Source of the DNA: Candidatus Kaiserbacteria bacterium
GTDB taxonomy: Bacteria; Patescibacteriota; Minisyncoccia; Phycocordibacterales; Phycocordibacteraceae
DNA: 56,470 bases
Direction of reading: 5' to 3'
NCBI GenBank assembly: GCA_016217905.1
Contig: JACRFL010000012.1
Span: 1-56,470, forward strand
The notes beneath the pieces are model-generated. The model was not told the DNA's origin. It searched no databases and was given only the letters and a program-made list of their open reading frames with translations. Both the position numbers and the translations under genes were made by a program. The stretch's first letter is position 1; every line of letters begins with the position of its first letter. Below, piece after piece: positions 18,999-27,666 of this stretch.

Positions 18999-20228
18999 TT
19001 ACTTCAAGAATGGCGCCAAAAACGTTCGTAGAGTTGCAAGGAGGTATTTCGTTTGTTCGTCCGTCATTCCATGGTGGGCACCGATCAGGAATCCATTACG
19101 CATAATGTAGTCCGACACGGGGAACGATGAGACGACCTTTCGATGCTTAATCTTCCGGTAGGCCGGCTGGTAGAGGATGGTGCCGCTGAATATGGGCCGG
19201 GTCTGGATGTTCTTCTCTTCGAGATATTTGGTGATGTCGAGACGCGTAAACGGCGTCCCCGGACGAAGCGTGAGCGGGAACGCGAGCCAGTTCGTCCGCA
19301 CCTTCGGATGCTGACGCGGCAATATAAAGAAACGTTCATAGGCGCTGAAAAACCGCATGAGTTCGACAAAGCGCTTCCGTCTGGACGCCGAAAAGCGTTT
19401 GAGTTTTTTCAGCTGTTCAAGCCCGAAGGCGGCATTGAGTTCCGTCGACTGCATATTGTAGCCAATTTCAGTGAACAGGAATTTGGCGTCGTAGGTTTCT
19501 CCGGCAAGTTTCCCGGCAAAGCGCTTTTTGATATCCTCCGATTTCTCATTCGAGCCGAACAGCGTCGATTCCCTGCCCCATGCAGCCATCACCCGTGCAA
19601 TACGGGCGCGCGCCGCATCATGGAAGGTTACCATCCCGCCGGCACCGCCGGCAGTGATGATATGCGATGCATAAAAGCTGGTGGTTGAGATATCGGCATA
19701 CGCGCCGGTCGGTTTTCCCGCGAAGGTTGCGCCGACCGTATCACACGAATCCTCAATGAGGACAAGCTTGTGCGTGCGCGCGATACGCTTCAATCGCGCC
19801 ATATCGAGAATATTTCCGAGCAGCTGGGGCACCATAATGGCGCGCGTCTTCGGAGAAATGGCTTTTTCTATCTGATCAATATTCGCGAGATACGTTCCCT
19901 CTTCCACATCAACGAAAACCGGGACGAGGTCTTTTTGTACAATCGGCGCGACCGTCGTGCCAAAGGTGAAAACGGGCGTGACGACTTCTGATCCCGGGAG
20001 AAGCTTGAGCGATTCGAGCGCGAGGAGGTTTGCAGACGAACCGGAATTGACGAGCGTGCCGTACGGCTTGCCGAAGAGATGCGCAATCCGTTTTTCAAAC
20101 TCTTCTGCCGCTTTCCCGGGGACAATTTTCGAAGGGTTCTGCAGCACGCGATTGATCGCTGCAATTTCCTCTTTGCCGTAAACCGCCTGCGCGTACGACA
20201 CGCGCATTTCCTTTGCCTTTTTAACCAT
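18999..20228 (-). CDS. DegT/RfbH-family PMP-dependent NDP-4-keto-6-deoxyhexose 3-dehydratase (ColD/E1-like)
   Basis: NSGSSANLLAL, and SFYASHIITAGGAGG with His where aminotransferases carry the Schiff-base Lys. There is only one Cys in the whole protein. The track start 20243 is a TTG; ATG 20228 (MVKKAKEM) is equally possible. Confidence 0.7.
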   Translation of the reverse strand: MVKKAKEMRVSYAQAVYGKEEIAAINRVLQNPSKIVPGKAAEEFEKRIAHLFGKPYGTLVNSGSSANLLALESLKLLPGSEVVTPVFTFGTTVAPIVQKDLVPVFVDVEEGTYLANIDQIEKAISPKTRAIMVPQLLGNILDMARLKRIARTHKLVLIEDSCDTVGATFAGKPTGAYADISTTSFYASHIITAGGAGGMVTFHDAARARIARVMAAWGRESTLFGSNEKSEDIKKRFAGKLAGETYDAKFLFTEIGYNMQSTELNAAFGLEQLKKLKRFSASRRKRFVELMRFFSAYERFFILPRQHPKVRTNWLAFPLTLRPGTPFTRLDITKYLEEKNIQTRPIFSGTILYQPAYRKIKHRKVVSSFPVSDYIMRNGFLIGAHHGMTDEQTKYLLATLRTFLAPFLK

Positions 20229-20293
20229 GATGGCTGTATTCAATCACACAACCAAAGCGACTTCAAGCGCCATCCGCCTTCCTCCTAGATGAA

Positions 20294-21274
20294 ATGTCCG
20301 AGGAGAGTATACTGGGGGGGATGGAGCGAAACTTCAGCGGTGTTCGTGTCGTCGTCACCGGAGGCGCTGGTTTTATCGGCTCGCATCTCGTGCGACGGTT
20401 GGTAGAGCAGCAAGCGCAGGTGCTGGTGCTGACCGAACGCACCCGCCACGAACGACTCGCGGGAATCCTTCCGCTCGACGCGATTCGCACGGTCGCGTTC
20501 TCTGATGCTGTTGCCGCCCAGAAGCATATCATCGACTTCAAGCCGGAGTATGTCTTCTCGCTCGAAGCAAAAATCATCCGTGGGAATGATCCCCGGGTCT
20601 TTGAGGAGTTCGTTACGGGCCACGTACACCACATCTGGAATATCCTGCACGGCGCACAGGCTGCGCACGTGAAGCGAGTGATCCATCTCGGCACTATTGA
20701 CGAATACGGTAGGCTGCCCGCGCCCTTTTCGGAGACGGATCGTGAAAATCCACAAAATCTGTACGCATTGACCAAGCTCTTCGGTACGCGCACGGTGATG
20801 TATGCAGCGCACGCGCTGGGCCTCCCCGCGACGGTCATCCGTCCGTCGCTCACTTACGGGCCGAGCCAGCATGCCGGCATGCTCGTCACCAATACGATCG
20901 AGGCCTGCCTCGCGGGCACTGCGTTCCCCATGACGGCAGGGGACCAGACGCGAGACTTCCTCTATGTGGACGATCTGGTTGACGGAATGTTGGCTGTCGC
21001 GGTGAACGAGCCGTGTATCGGAGAGATTATTAACCTGGGGAGCGGCACACAGACGCCCGTCAAAGAAGTCGTCGAACGCATCAATACCCTCTGCGGGAAC
21101 CGCGCGGTGATACAGTTCGGTGCCGAACCCTATCGACCGGATGAGAATATGGAATACTGGCTCCAGATACAGAAGGCGGAACGTTTGTGCGGGTATGCGC
21201 CTCGTGTCACCCTTGCAGAAGGGTTGTCGCGCACCGTCGCTGCACGAAAAGCGCTCAGGCACCCTATCCAGTAA
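20294..21274 (+). CDS. NAD-dependent epimerase/dehydratase (SDR)
   Basis: VVVTGGAGFIGSHLVRRL and YALTK. The antisense ORFs 20285..21298 and 20263..20853 lack motifs. Confidence 0.8.
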   Translation: MSEESILGGMERNFSGVRVVVTGGAGFIGSHLVRRLVEQQAQVLVLTERTRHERLAGILPLDAIRTVAFSDAVAAQKHIIDFKPEYVFSLEAKIIRGNDPRVFEEFVTGHVHHIWNILHGAQAAHVKRVIHLGTIDEYGRLPAPFSETDRENPQNLYALTKLFGTRTVMYAAHALGLPATVIRPSLTYGPSQHAGMLVTNTIEACLAGTAFPMTAGDQTRDFLYVDDLVDGMLAVAVNEPCIGEIINLGSGTQTPVKEVVERINTLCGNRAVIQFGAEPYRPDENMEYWLQIQKAERLCGYAPRVTLAEGLSRTVAARKALRHPIQ

Positions 21275-21284
21275 CTTCATTAAT

Positions 21285-22223
21285 ATGGCGGACACCAAAC
21301 CAAATCTTGTGATCGGCGTTGCGCGCGGCTACGATTACCCGATGCTCCGACCGATCGTCGCTTCGCTCAAAAAGACCGGCTTTGCGGGTGATTTTGTCAT
21401 TATGTACAACGATTTGCACGATCATGCTGAAGTACCCCTTGCCGCTGACGGAGCACTGCTCTTCCCTTTTTCCCCCGCCTTTCCTCATACGGACGGTCCG
21501 CTCGCTCTGCCTGAGCGCTGGCTCAAAGAGCCGCGTCTTCACAATCTCCATATTTATGCCTATCGACGTATTGTTGAATATGCATATCTGCACGCGTATG
21601 GGCATAAATACAATTATGTGTATCTGACCGATACACGGGATGTTTATTTTCAGCGCGATCCGTTCGACTTCGAGCGGCCAAATGCCGTTTGTGTATTCCT
21701 CGAGGAGAAAAAAAATCTGATCAAAGACACCCCCGCAAATGTGGAGTGGATCACCGAGACGTTCGGAGAAAAGATATTGCATGAGATCGAACATAATCCA
21801 GTCGCCAACGCCGGCACGATTTGTATGGGGCCGATACCGCTCGTTCTCGAATATCTGGAGGTCTATCTGTCGGTACTTGCCCGGTATGGGACACCGCTGA
21901 CCACCGACCAAGCCGTCCATAACTACATCCTGTATGAGAAACTCTTTACGAAAGTCCATGCGTACCCGCACAATACCGGGCCGATCTTAAATCTCACGCC
22001 CGACTTCCGTATCGCGCACGGGATGATCCAGAACGTGAACGGCGGCACCCCGAACACTGTTCATATGTACGACCGCTATATCCGAACCGCGTGGGGGCGC
22101 GCCGGGTGGGACTTTGTCGCGAAACTCATATGGAGAAAAGGCCCGCAACGCTGGTATATGAGCGCCCGCCTCTTTATCGGAAATCTGGTGAAGCGTTATC
22201 TCTTACGGCGCACAAACGTATAA
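21285..22223 (+). CDS. Uncharacterised protein, possibly a GT-A-like nucleotide-sugar transferase
   Basis: ATG 21285 (MADTKPNLVIGVARGYDY...) follows directly after the SDR stop. It has an acidic YLTDTRDVYF (DxD-like) motif. No family was recognised with certainty. Confidence 0.45.
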   Translation: MADTKPNLVIGVARGYDYPMLRPIVASLKKTGFAGDFVIMYNDLHDHAEVPLAADGALLFPFSPAFPHTDGPLALPERWLKEPRLHNLHIYAYRRIVEYAYLHAYGHKYNYVYLTDTRDVYFQRDPFDFERPNAVCVFLEEKKNLIKDTPANVEWITETFGEKILHEIEHNPVANAGTICMGPIPLVLEYLEVYLSVLARYGTPLTTDQAVHNYILYEKLFTKVHAYPHNTGPILNLTPDFRIAHGMIQNVNGGTPNTVHMYDRYIRTAWGRAGWDFVAKLIWRKGPQRWYMSARLFIGNLVKRYLLRRTNV

Positions 22224-22800
22224 TCGCCTCCATTCTTGGCGACCTGGCGGTAGCCGCGCAGCCAGAGGCGACACAGTAGCAGCCATTTCTGGAGTACTTC
22301 TGACTTTGTGGGCGTGTGTATCTCGACAAGGATCTGCCGGATCGGGAGCCCGCTGATGTCTTTGAGCACATTGAACTCTTCGCCCTCGATATCCAATTTC
22401 AACACGTCGATGGCGCGGTATGACCAAATTCCTTCATGATAGTGCGGAGCGTCTTCACGGGGAGCATACGCACCTCCCCTTCGGGATAGATATACATTGA
22501 TGCTTCGGCCGCCGGCCACTGCGGCTTCTTCCGCAAATGGAACGGCGCTTCGCCGTCGTAGTGACAGAGGCCGTAGGGGTGGAACTTAAATTGTGGCGGG
22601 AGCGTCTGACTAGCGATCCACTCGATAGAGGACGGGGTCATATCGAACGCCTGCACCGCACAGCCGAAGCGGCGTATCATCATTTCGTCCCACGACGCGT
22701 CGTGCCCGATGCCAAACGAGTACACCACGCTGTCTTTGTCGAGCCCGGCAGTGTCCATCTCCCACCCGCCGTACCCCTCTGATCCAAGTCGTTCACTCAT
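22196..22800 (-). pseudogene. FkbM-family methyltransferase interrupted by a frameshift
   Basis: ORF 22399..22800 carries the N-terminal half (VYSFGIGHDASWDEMMI...). ORF 22196..22519 carries AIDVLKLDIEGEEFNVL in the frame one nucleotide earlier. The junction is at about 22402-22425. Confidence 0.7.
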
Positions 22801-22814
22801 AAACTAAGGATTGC

Positions 22815-23537
22815 TTATGGGTGTAGGAAATAATGTTGTTCCGTGTTTCTATCACTAAGAAGTACGGGGGTGAGATTCAGTTCTTTCACTCTCTTCCAGA
22901 TGCTTTCTTGAGTATCTCCATATTGGGCTAGATATTGCGGACTATGTAACTCGATGATGATATTGGTTGGATACATCAGGCCTCGTAAGACTTTTCCTTC
23001 TGCACCTTCCACGTCAATTTTCACAAGCTCTGCCTTGGGATAGTACGACAACGGGAAAGTCGGGACAGGGCTTCCTCCCTTTTCTACAATCCGTTCTTTT
23101 GAGCGCCCGCCTTGCGAGAAGAGAATTGTTCCTTCCGTGTCTGATACCGCGACTTTCTCTACGGTGCAATTCGCAAGATCGTTTAGCTTTATATTTTGCA
23201 GGATTTGATTGTAATTTATGAGGTCTGGCTCGAATATTATTACGCGAGAGTTGGGATATTTCTTGGCGTAGGCAATACCGTAGATACCGTTATATCCGCC
23301 TATGTCATAGACGACATCCGCTTTGATTTTCAACCAATATTCAAGAATATCCCTTTCAATTTTCCCTTCGCTTTCTTCTCTTGCGATCTGATAGTGAAGG
23401 AGGGTAGAAAATGATAGTTTTATTTTCAACCCATCCACAGCTACCTCCCAGTATTTCTTCCCGCTCAAAATAGAGCCGAGATAGGCTGGATTCTGTAATG
23501 CGTCTCTCATCTTCCCGAGGACATTTCTCATGCTCAT
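22815..23537 (-). CDS. FkbM-family SAM methyltransferase
   Basis: VYDIGGYNGIYGIAYA and VKIDVEGAEGKVL. Lower-GC segment. Confidence 0.8.
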   Translation of the reverse strand: MSMRNVLGKMRDALQNPAYLGSILSGKKYWEVAVDGLKIKLSFSTLLHYQIAREESEGKIERDILEYWLKIKADVVYDIGGYNGIYGIAYAKKYPNSRVIIFEPDLINYNQILQNIKLNDLANCTVEKVAVSDTEGTILFSQGGRSKERIVEKGGSPVPTFPLSYYPKAELVKIDVEGAEGKVLRGLMYPTNIIIELHSPQYLAQYGDTQESIWKRVKELNLTPVLLSDRNTEQHYFLHP

Positions 23538-23585
23538 AGTCTAGTGATTGCCGAACTGGCTCCGTTAATAACTAACTTAAAATGC

Positions 23586-24668
23586 CTAGGGTCTTATCTC
23601 CAACTCAATTGCTCCCATTCCTGCTGTTTGACTTGCAGCATAGGTATAGGTGATGGTGTCCGAGCCGGAAGTAACAGCGCCATTTGAGTCGTGTGCTAGG
23701 ACACTTTGAGAACCTCTAAAAGAGAATGCGGCACCGCCCCCCGCTATTCCTGTTGCATTTGCAACAGAACCTGCTCCGACACCAACAACCCAGCTCGTCG
23801 CCGCAACCGCGGTCAGATTGAAGTTATAAGAACTAGCAGCAGAACCCGTGAAGTATGTTGCCACATTCCCAATAGCAGCACTCGTAATGGCGGTTCCTGT
23901 GTAAGTCATCGAACTAAGATACGCATATGCTCCGTCAGTCGGCTTGTTAACGGTGACTGTTTGTGCCCCAGAAGGAGGATTTACCAGGTAGTACAACACT
24001 AAGTACACTCCGCCAGTTCCTGTTTGTTGAGGGGTAGCAGCTAATGTCATCGTTTGACCTCCATACGTGACACTTGTTATGTCCTGTGCGTTTTCGTACC
24101 CGCTCACTATTGCCAGAGTCGGGGTACCGGCTGGAGTGTGCGTCCAACTAAATGTCGGATTGCCGCTTCCTTGTGCCTCTGCGTCAAATGCAATCGGTGG
24201 TGCTGCCGGACGATATGAGACAGAAGCAAAATAATTGGTGCCGTCAGACAGGAAACTGACAATGCTGGTACTATTTGCGTCCGTCGAAAGTGAGGGGGTG
24301 GCTCCGCCCGTCCACTTTACTGACGCAGGGAAGGTAACTGTTCGGCCTCCAGTGGAATCTTGAATGAGGATCAGATCATACTTCCCGCCGGCCTGACCAT
24401 TACTGAAGGTAAGGGTCGAGTTGCTAGTAAGAGAGAAGGACTGTACATTGCCCGTATTCCAATTGATGCTAGTAGAAGAAGCTGTCACCAGTCGGCTATG
24501 CATCGCACCAGAAACATCAAGCGAAGATGCTGGGTTGGTGTTGCCAATTCCGATAAACCCAGTGGTACTGTCAACATAGAATAAACCTCCTGCGAGCGAA
24601 ATGAGCGGAACGAGAGTCGCCCCGCACGCTGCAACAAACAAAAGTCCTCCCAACTTCTTCATATTCAT
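23586..24668 (-). CDS. Secreted Ser/Thr/Gly-rich tail-fibre-like surface protein
   Basis: Signal peptide MNMKKLGGLLFVAACGATLVPLISLAGG. GFIGIGNTNPASSLDVSG resembles the IGIGTTSPSQALSVTG motif of the 1..2670 protein. DLILIQDSTGGRTVTFPASVKWTGGATPSLSTDANSTSIVSF resembles a domain I recall from phage tail-fibre proteins (from memory only). Confidence 0.6.
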   Translation of the reverse strand: MNMKKLGGLLFVAACGATLVPLISLAGGLFYVDSTTGFIGIGNTNPASSLDVSGAMHSRLVTASSTSINWNTGNVQSFSLTSNSTLTFSNGQAGGKYDLILIQDSTGGRTVTFPASVKWTGGATPSLSTDANSTSIVSFLSDGTNYFASVSYRPAAPPIAFDAEAQGSGNPTFSWTHTPAGTPTLAIVSGYENAQDITSVTYGGQTMTLAATPQQTGTGGVYLVLYYLVNPPSGAQTVTVNKPTDGAYAYLSSMTYTGTAITSAAIGNVATYFTGSAASSYNFNLTAVAATSWVVGVGAGSVANATGIAGGGAAFSFRGSQSVLAHDSNGAVTSGSDTITYTYAASQTAGMGAIELEIRP

Positions 24669-24750
24669 ACTGGGGAGATTAATAAATAATTACCAAAACT
24701 ACCAGCCATTGTAGCACTGAAATCCTTAAAGAGGGCGCCGATGGATAACG

Positions 24751-25998
24751 CTATTTACAAATAGCGAAAAGCTGTTGGTACGCCTCCACCTGCTGCGTGA
24801 GCGGAAACTGTTCTCGTACTCTTTGGTATCCCGCTTCGCCAAACGCTGTTCGTTTGGCCGTATCATGCAAAAGGTCGACGAGCTTCGCTGCAATCGTCGG
24901 CACATCAAAGGGGTTGTTGATGAAGCCCGTGATGTCATCGACCACCGCTTCGCGCGAACCACCGAAGCAGGTGGCGACGACCGGCTTTTTGCATGCCATC
25001 CCTTCAATATTCATCGTCGGGAATGAATCGAAGCACAAAGACGGCACCACTACGACAGCCGCAGCGTGATGGGCCTGATGCAACTGGTGACCGGAGAGCC
25101 AGCCGGTGAACAGTATCTTGTCGGCGATGCCGAGCTCGTGCGCAAGCGCGAGCATCTTCTTCGCATAGGCGTCTTTCTGCCCGACGGCGAGCAACTGTGC
25201 CTCGGGTACGGTCTTGGTGACCAGCGCGAGCGCTTTGATAAGATTGGCCGCGCCCTTCACGCCGGAGAGCCGGCCGCCGAAAAACATGGCGGCATCCCCT
25301 ACCCCGTGCGCTCGTTTGAATGCAGCGACGTTTTCGGCCGGCTCCTCCCACTCTGCGACATCTATGCCGTTATGGATCGTCTGCGTATTCCCGATGCCGT
25401 TATCGCTCAACGCCTGCCGGAGTGCATCGCTCACGGTCACGATGCGGTCGACATTCTTTTCCAAGATGCGGCGAATGAGCAGGTTGCGCAGCGGGTTATA
25501 GCGGAATCGATTGGTAACGAGTTGGCGCCACGCGCTCACGCGGTAGTTGAAGGTAGTCGGCACCGAGAGATCGGCCGGGTCGATAAAGTCAGTGAGCTTC
25601 TGGTAGTTGAACGACATCACGTCGTGAACGGTGAGGATCACGCGTGCGCCGAGCTTCTTCGCCACGACGAGTGAGCGGTAGGAGAGGTAGCCGTGCACGT
25701 TATGCGCGTGCACGACCTCGGGCTTCCAGTCCGCGAGGATGCGCTGCACCTTCGCCACAACCGGAATATTCCAGAGGCTCACGTATGCCTGGAAGCGCAG
25801 ATCGTATGACGTCGCTATCGTGTGGACGGTGAGCCCGTTCACCTGCGTAACGCCCGCGCGTGCCGCATCACGGGTGGTGGTGATGACCAGCACGGTATGC
25901 CCGTTGCGATGATACTCGCGCGCAAGGTTGTAGGCGATGATGTCGGCACCCCCGACGCTGTGCGGGGGGAAGTTGTCGTGGAGTACGGCAATGTTCAT
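24751..25998 (-). CDS. Glycosyltransferase family 4
   Basis: MNIAVLHDNFPPHSVGGADI... and the GT4 C-terminal motif DSFPTMNIEGMACKKPVV. Confidence 0.8.
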   Translation of the reverse strand: MNIAVLHDNFPPHSVGGADIIAYNLAREYHRNGHTVLVITTTRDAARAGVTQVNGLTVHTIATSYDLRFQAYVSLWNIPVVAKVQRILADWKPEVVHAHNVHGYLSYRSLVVAKKLGARVILTVHDVMSFNYQKLTDFIDPADLSVPTTFNYRVSAWRQLVTNRFRYNPLRNLLIRRILEKNVDRIVTVSDALRQALSDNGIGNTQTIHNGIDVAEWEEPAENVAAFKRAHGVGDAAMFFGGRLSGVKGAANLIKALALVTKTVPEAQLLAVGQKDAYAKKMLALAHELGIADKILFTGWLSGHQLHQAHHAAAVVVVPSLCFDSFPTMNIEGMACKKPVVATCFGGSREAVVDDITGFINNPFDVPTIAAKLVDLLHDTAKRTAFGEAGYQRVREQFPLTQQVEAYQQLFAICK

Positions 25999-26732
25999 AC
26001 TTCCCGTATCAGCTCCCCATTGGTGACATACTGGCAGTCGTCTCTATTGCCGATATAGCGCAGGACACGCTTGAGTGATTCCCACATATCATATCGCTCT
26101 ATCTCCCACGAATGCCCCCAGAGATGGAACACCTCTCCTCGCTTCAGAGCAATATCAAATGTGGCGCAGGCGAGCGCCTCCCACGAGCGGAAGGCGCGAA
26201 GCGGAACGCCGAGCGACCGCAGCCCCGGAGCGCGCTCCCGGAGCGGCTGGAGTAGCTCTCTCCAATAGAAAGTATGCGGTCCCGTTTTACGAAACGGCAT
26301 CGGATACACTCCGAGGGTGGTCGGCATCTGAAAGGAATTGCCAGAAAGTCTTATTTCTCCCGGTTTCGTCGTTCGTGCACCCTTAAAGCCCGCTTCGCGT
26401 GCAATTCTCTCCGATTCGGCGTCAAAGTGCCCCGAGGGATAGCAGAACATCGGCACCTCCTTGCCGAGTAGCTCCTCAAGCCATTTTTTCGAACCCTGTA
26501 TCTCATCTTTTTTTTGTTCCGTGGTAAGTGTACGCAGATCAGGATGAGTAAGCGAGTGCGCGCCCACCTCATGCCGAGTCGCCACATTCCGGATATCCTC
26601 CGATGAAAGGCTATTTTTACGATAATCGCGCGTAACATAAAATGTCCCCGCGATGTCATATTTCTGAAGTAGCACAGCGAGCTTTACGTCAAGCGCGTCG
26701 CCGTCGTCCCAACTGGTGGTTACCTGAAGCAT
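25995..26732 (-). CDS. Polysaccharide deacetylase (NodB/CE4)
   Basis: TSWDDG and HEVGAHSLTHPDL motifs. 4-nt overlap with the upstream gene. Confidence 0.8.
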   Translation of the reverse strand: MLQVTTSWDDGDALDVKLAVLLQKYDIAGTFYVTRDYRKNSLSSEDIRNVATRHEVGAHSLTHPDLRTLTTEQKKDEIQGSKKWLEELLGKEVPMFCYPSGHFDAESERIAREAGFKGARTTKPGEIRLSGNSFQMPTTLGVYPMPFRKTGPHTFYWRELLQPLRERAPGLRSLGVPLRAFRSWEALACATFDIALKRGEVFHLWGHSWEIERYDMWESLKRVLRYIGNRDDCQYVTNGELIREV

Positions 26733-26733
26733 A

Positions 26734-27666
26734 TTAGTCCTTGCGCGCTACGACAAAAGCTCGGTCGCCCAAGCAGTTCAACCCGATCCAGCGGGGTAGA
26801 AAATTGATGACGCCCTTGAGAAAAGAATACCCGCTGCCGGAGAATTTCTGCTTCGGAGCGCCCTCATATATTGAGAGATACCGCACCGTGAGATCGGCGC
26901 GGCGCATTACTGCAAGAAGCGACGAATGATTGAAAAATGACAAGTGATAGGGGTTTTCACGTGTCAATCTGCCGCGATGCTGCGCCGGTAAGAAGTATTG
27001 GTATCCGAAATGCCCCCGGAGCGCCTGCATACACCCTATAACCAGTCCGGGGAGCGTGAGGTTGTAGGTGAGTGGAACCTCAATTGCTATGATGCCGCCC
27101 TTGACCACTCTCTCGGCAATCTCCCGCACAAACTGAAGCGGGTTATTCACGTGTTCAAGAACGCCTCCTAAATAAACAACGTCAAAGATTTTTCCTTTGG
27201 GCACATCATGCAGTTCGCCGGTAACGACCTCCAGCCCCTGCGCGCGGGCATGTGCGGCCATCTCTTGTGACATCTCGACGCCTGATACTCTATAGCCGCG
27301 CTCCTGCGCCAGATGTAACAGATACCCGCCGGCGCACCCGACTTCAAAAAGAGAACCGTCCTTTTTAAAACGAGCGATGGTGTCAAGCGCATGGCGCGCT
27401 TTCTCTTCTTGGCGCTCTCTATTCTCTACATAATTCCCCTGTCCGCCGCCGCCCGCGTACGCCGACTCGAAGTATGCGTGCTCGTTATAGAGCAATTCAC
27501 GCAGCTCGTCCGACAGTTCGTAGTCGATATATTTCAGACCGCATACCGGACACCGCACCAAGGGCATCGAGATATCTTGATACACGTACCCGCCGTAAGC
27601 ACACGCGTCCTTTTTCATCCCGCCGCATACAGGGCAACCGGAGCAAATAGTGCTATCGGATGGCAT
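26734..27666 (-). CDS. Class I SAM methyltransferase with N-terminal Cys4 zinc ribbon
   Basis: CSGCPVCGG...CPVCGL, then LFEVGCAGGYLL (motif I). Confidence 0.75.
   Translation of the reverse strand: MPSDSTICSGCPVCGGMKKDACAYGGYVYQDISMPLVRCPVCGLKYIDYELSDELRELLYNEHAYFESAYAGGGGQGNYVENRERQEEKARHALDTIARFKKDGSLFEVGCAGGYLLHLAQERGYRVSGVEMSQEMAAHARAQGLEVVTGELHDVPKGKIFDVVYLGGVLEHVNNPLQFVREIAERVVKGGIIAIEVPLTYNLTLPGLVIGCMQALRGHFGYQYFLPAQHRGRLTRENPYHLSFFNHSSLLAVMRRADLTVRYLSIYEGAPKQKFSGSGYSFLKGVINFLPRWIGLNCLGDRAFVVARKD

Noticed and set aside
22399-22401. UGA read-through or recoding (alternative genetic code) as an explanation for the split FkbM gene
   Set aside because: Translating past the TGA in the same frame gives Ser/Arg/Cys-rich nonsense. 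The conserved LKLDIEGEE motif is in another frame. All other genes in the window use TGA as an ordinary stop.
23586-24668. Prophage, suggested by tail-fibre-like proteins here and at 1..2670
   Set aside because: No capsid, terminase, portal, integrase or lysis genes occur anywhere in the window. Both proteins have signal or TM features of cellular surface proteins.
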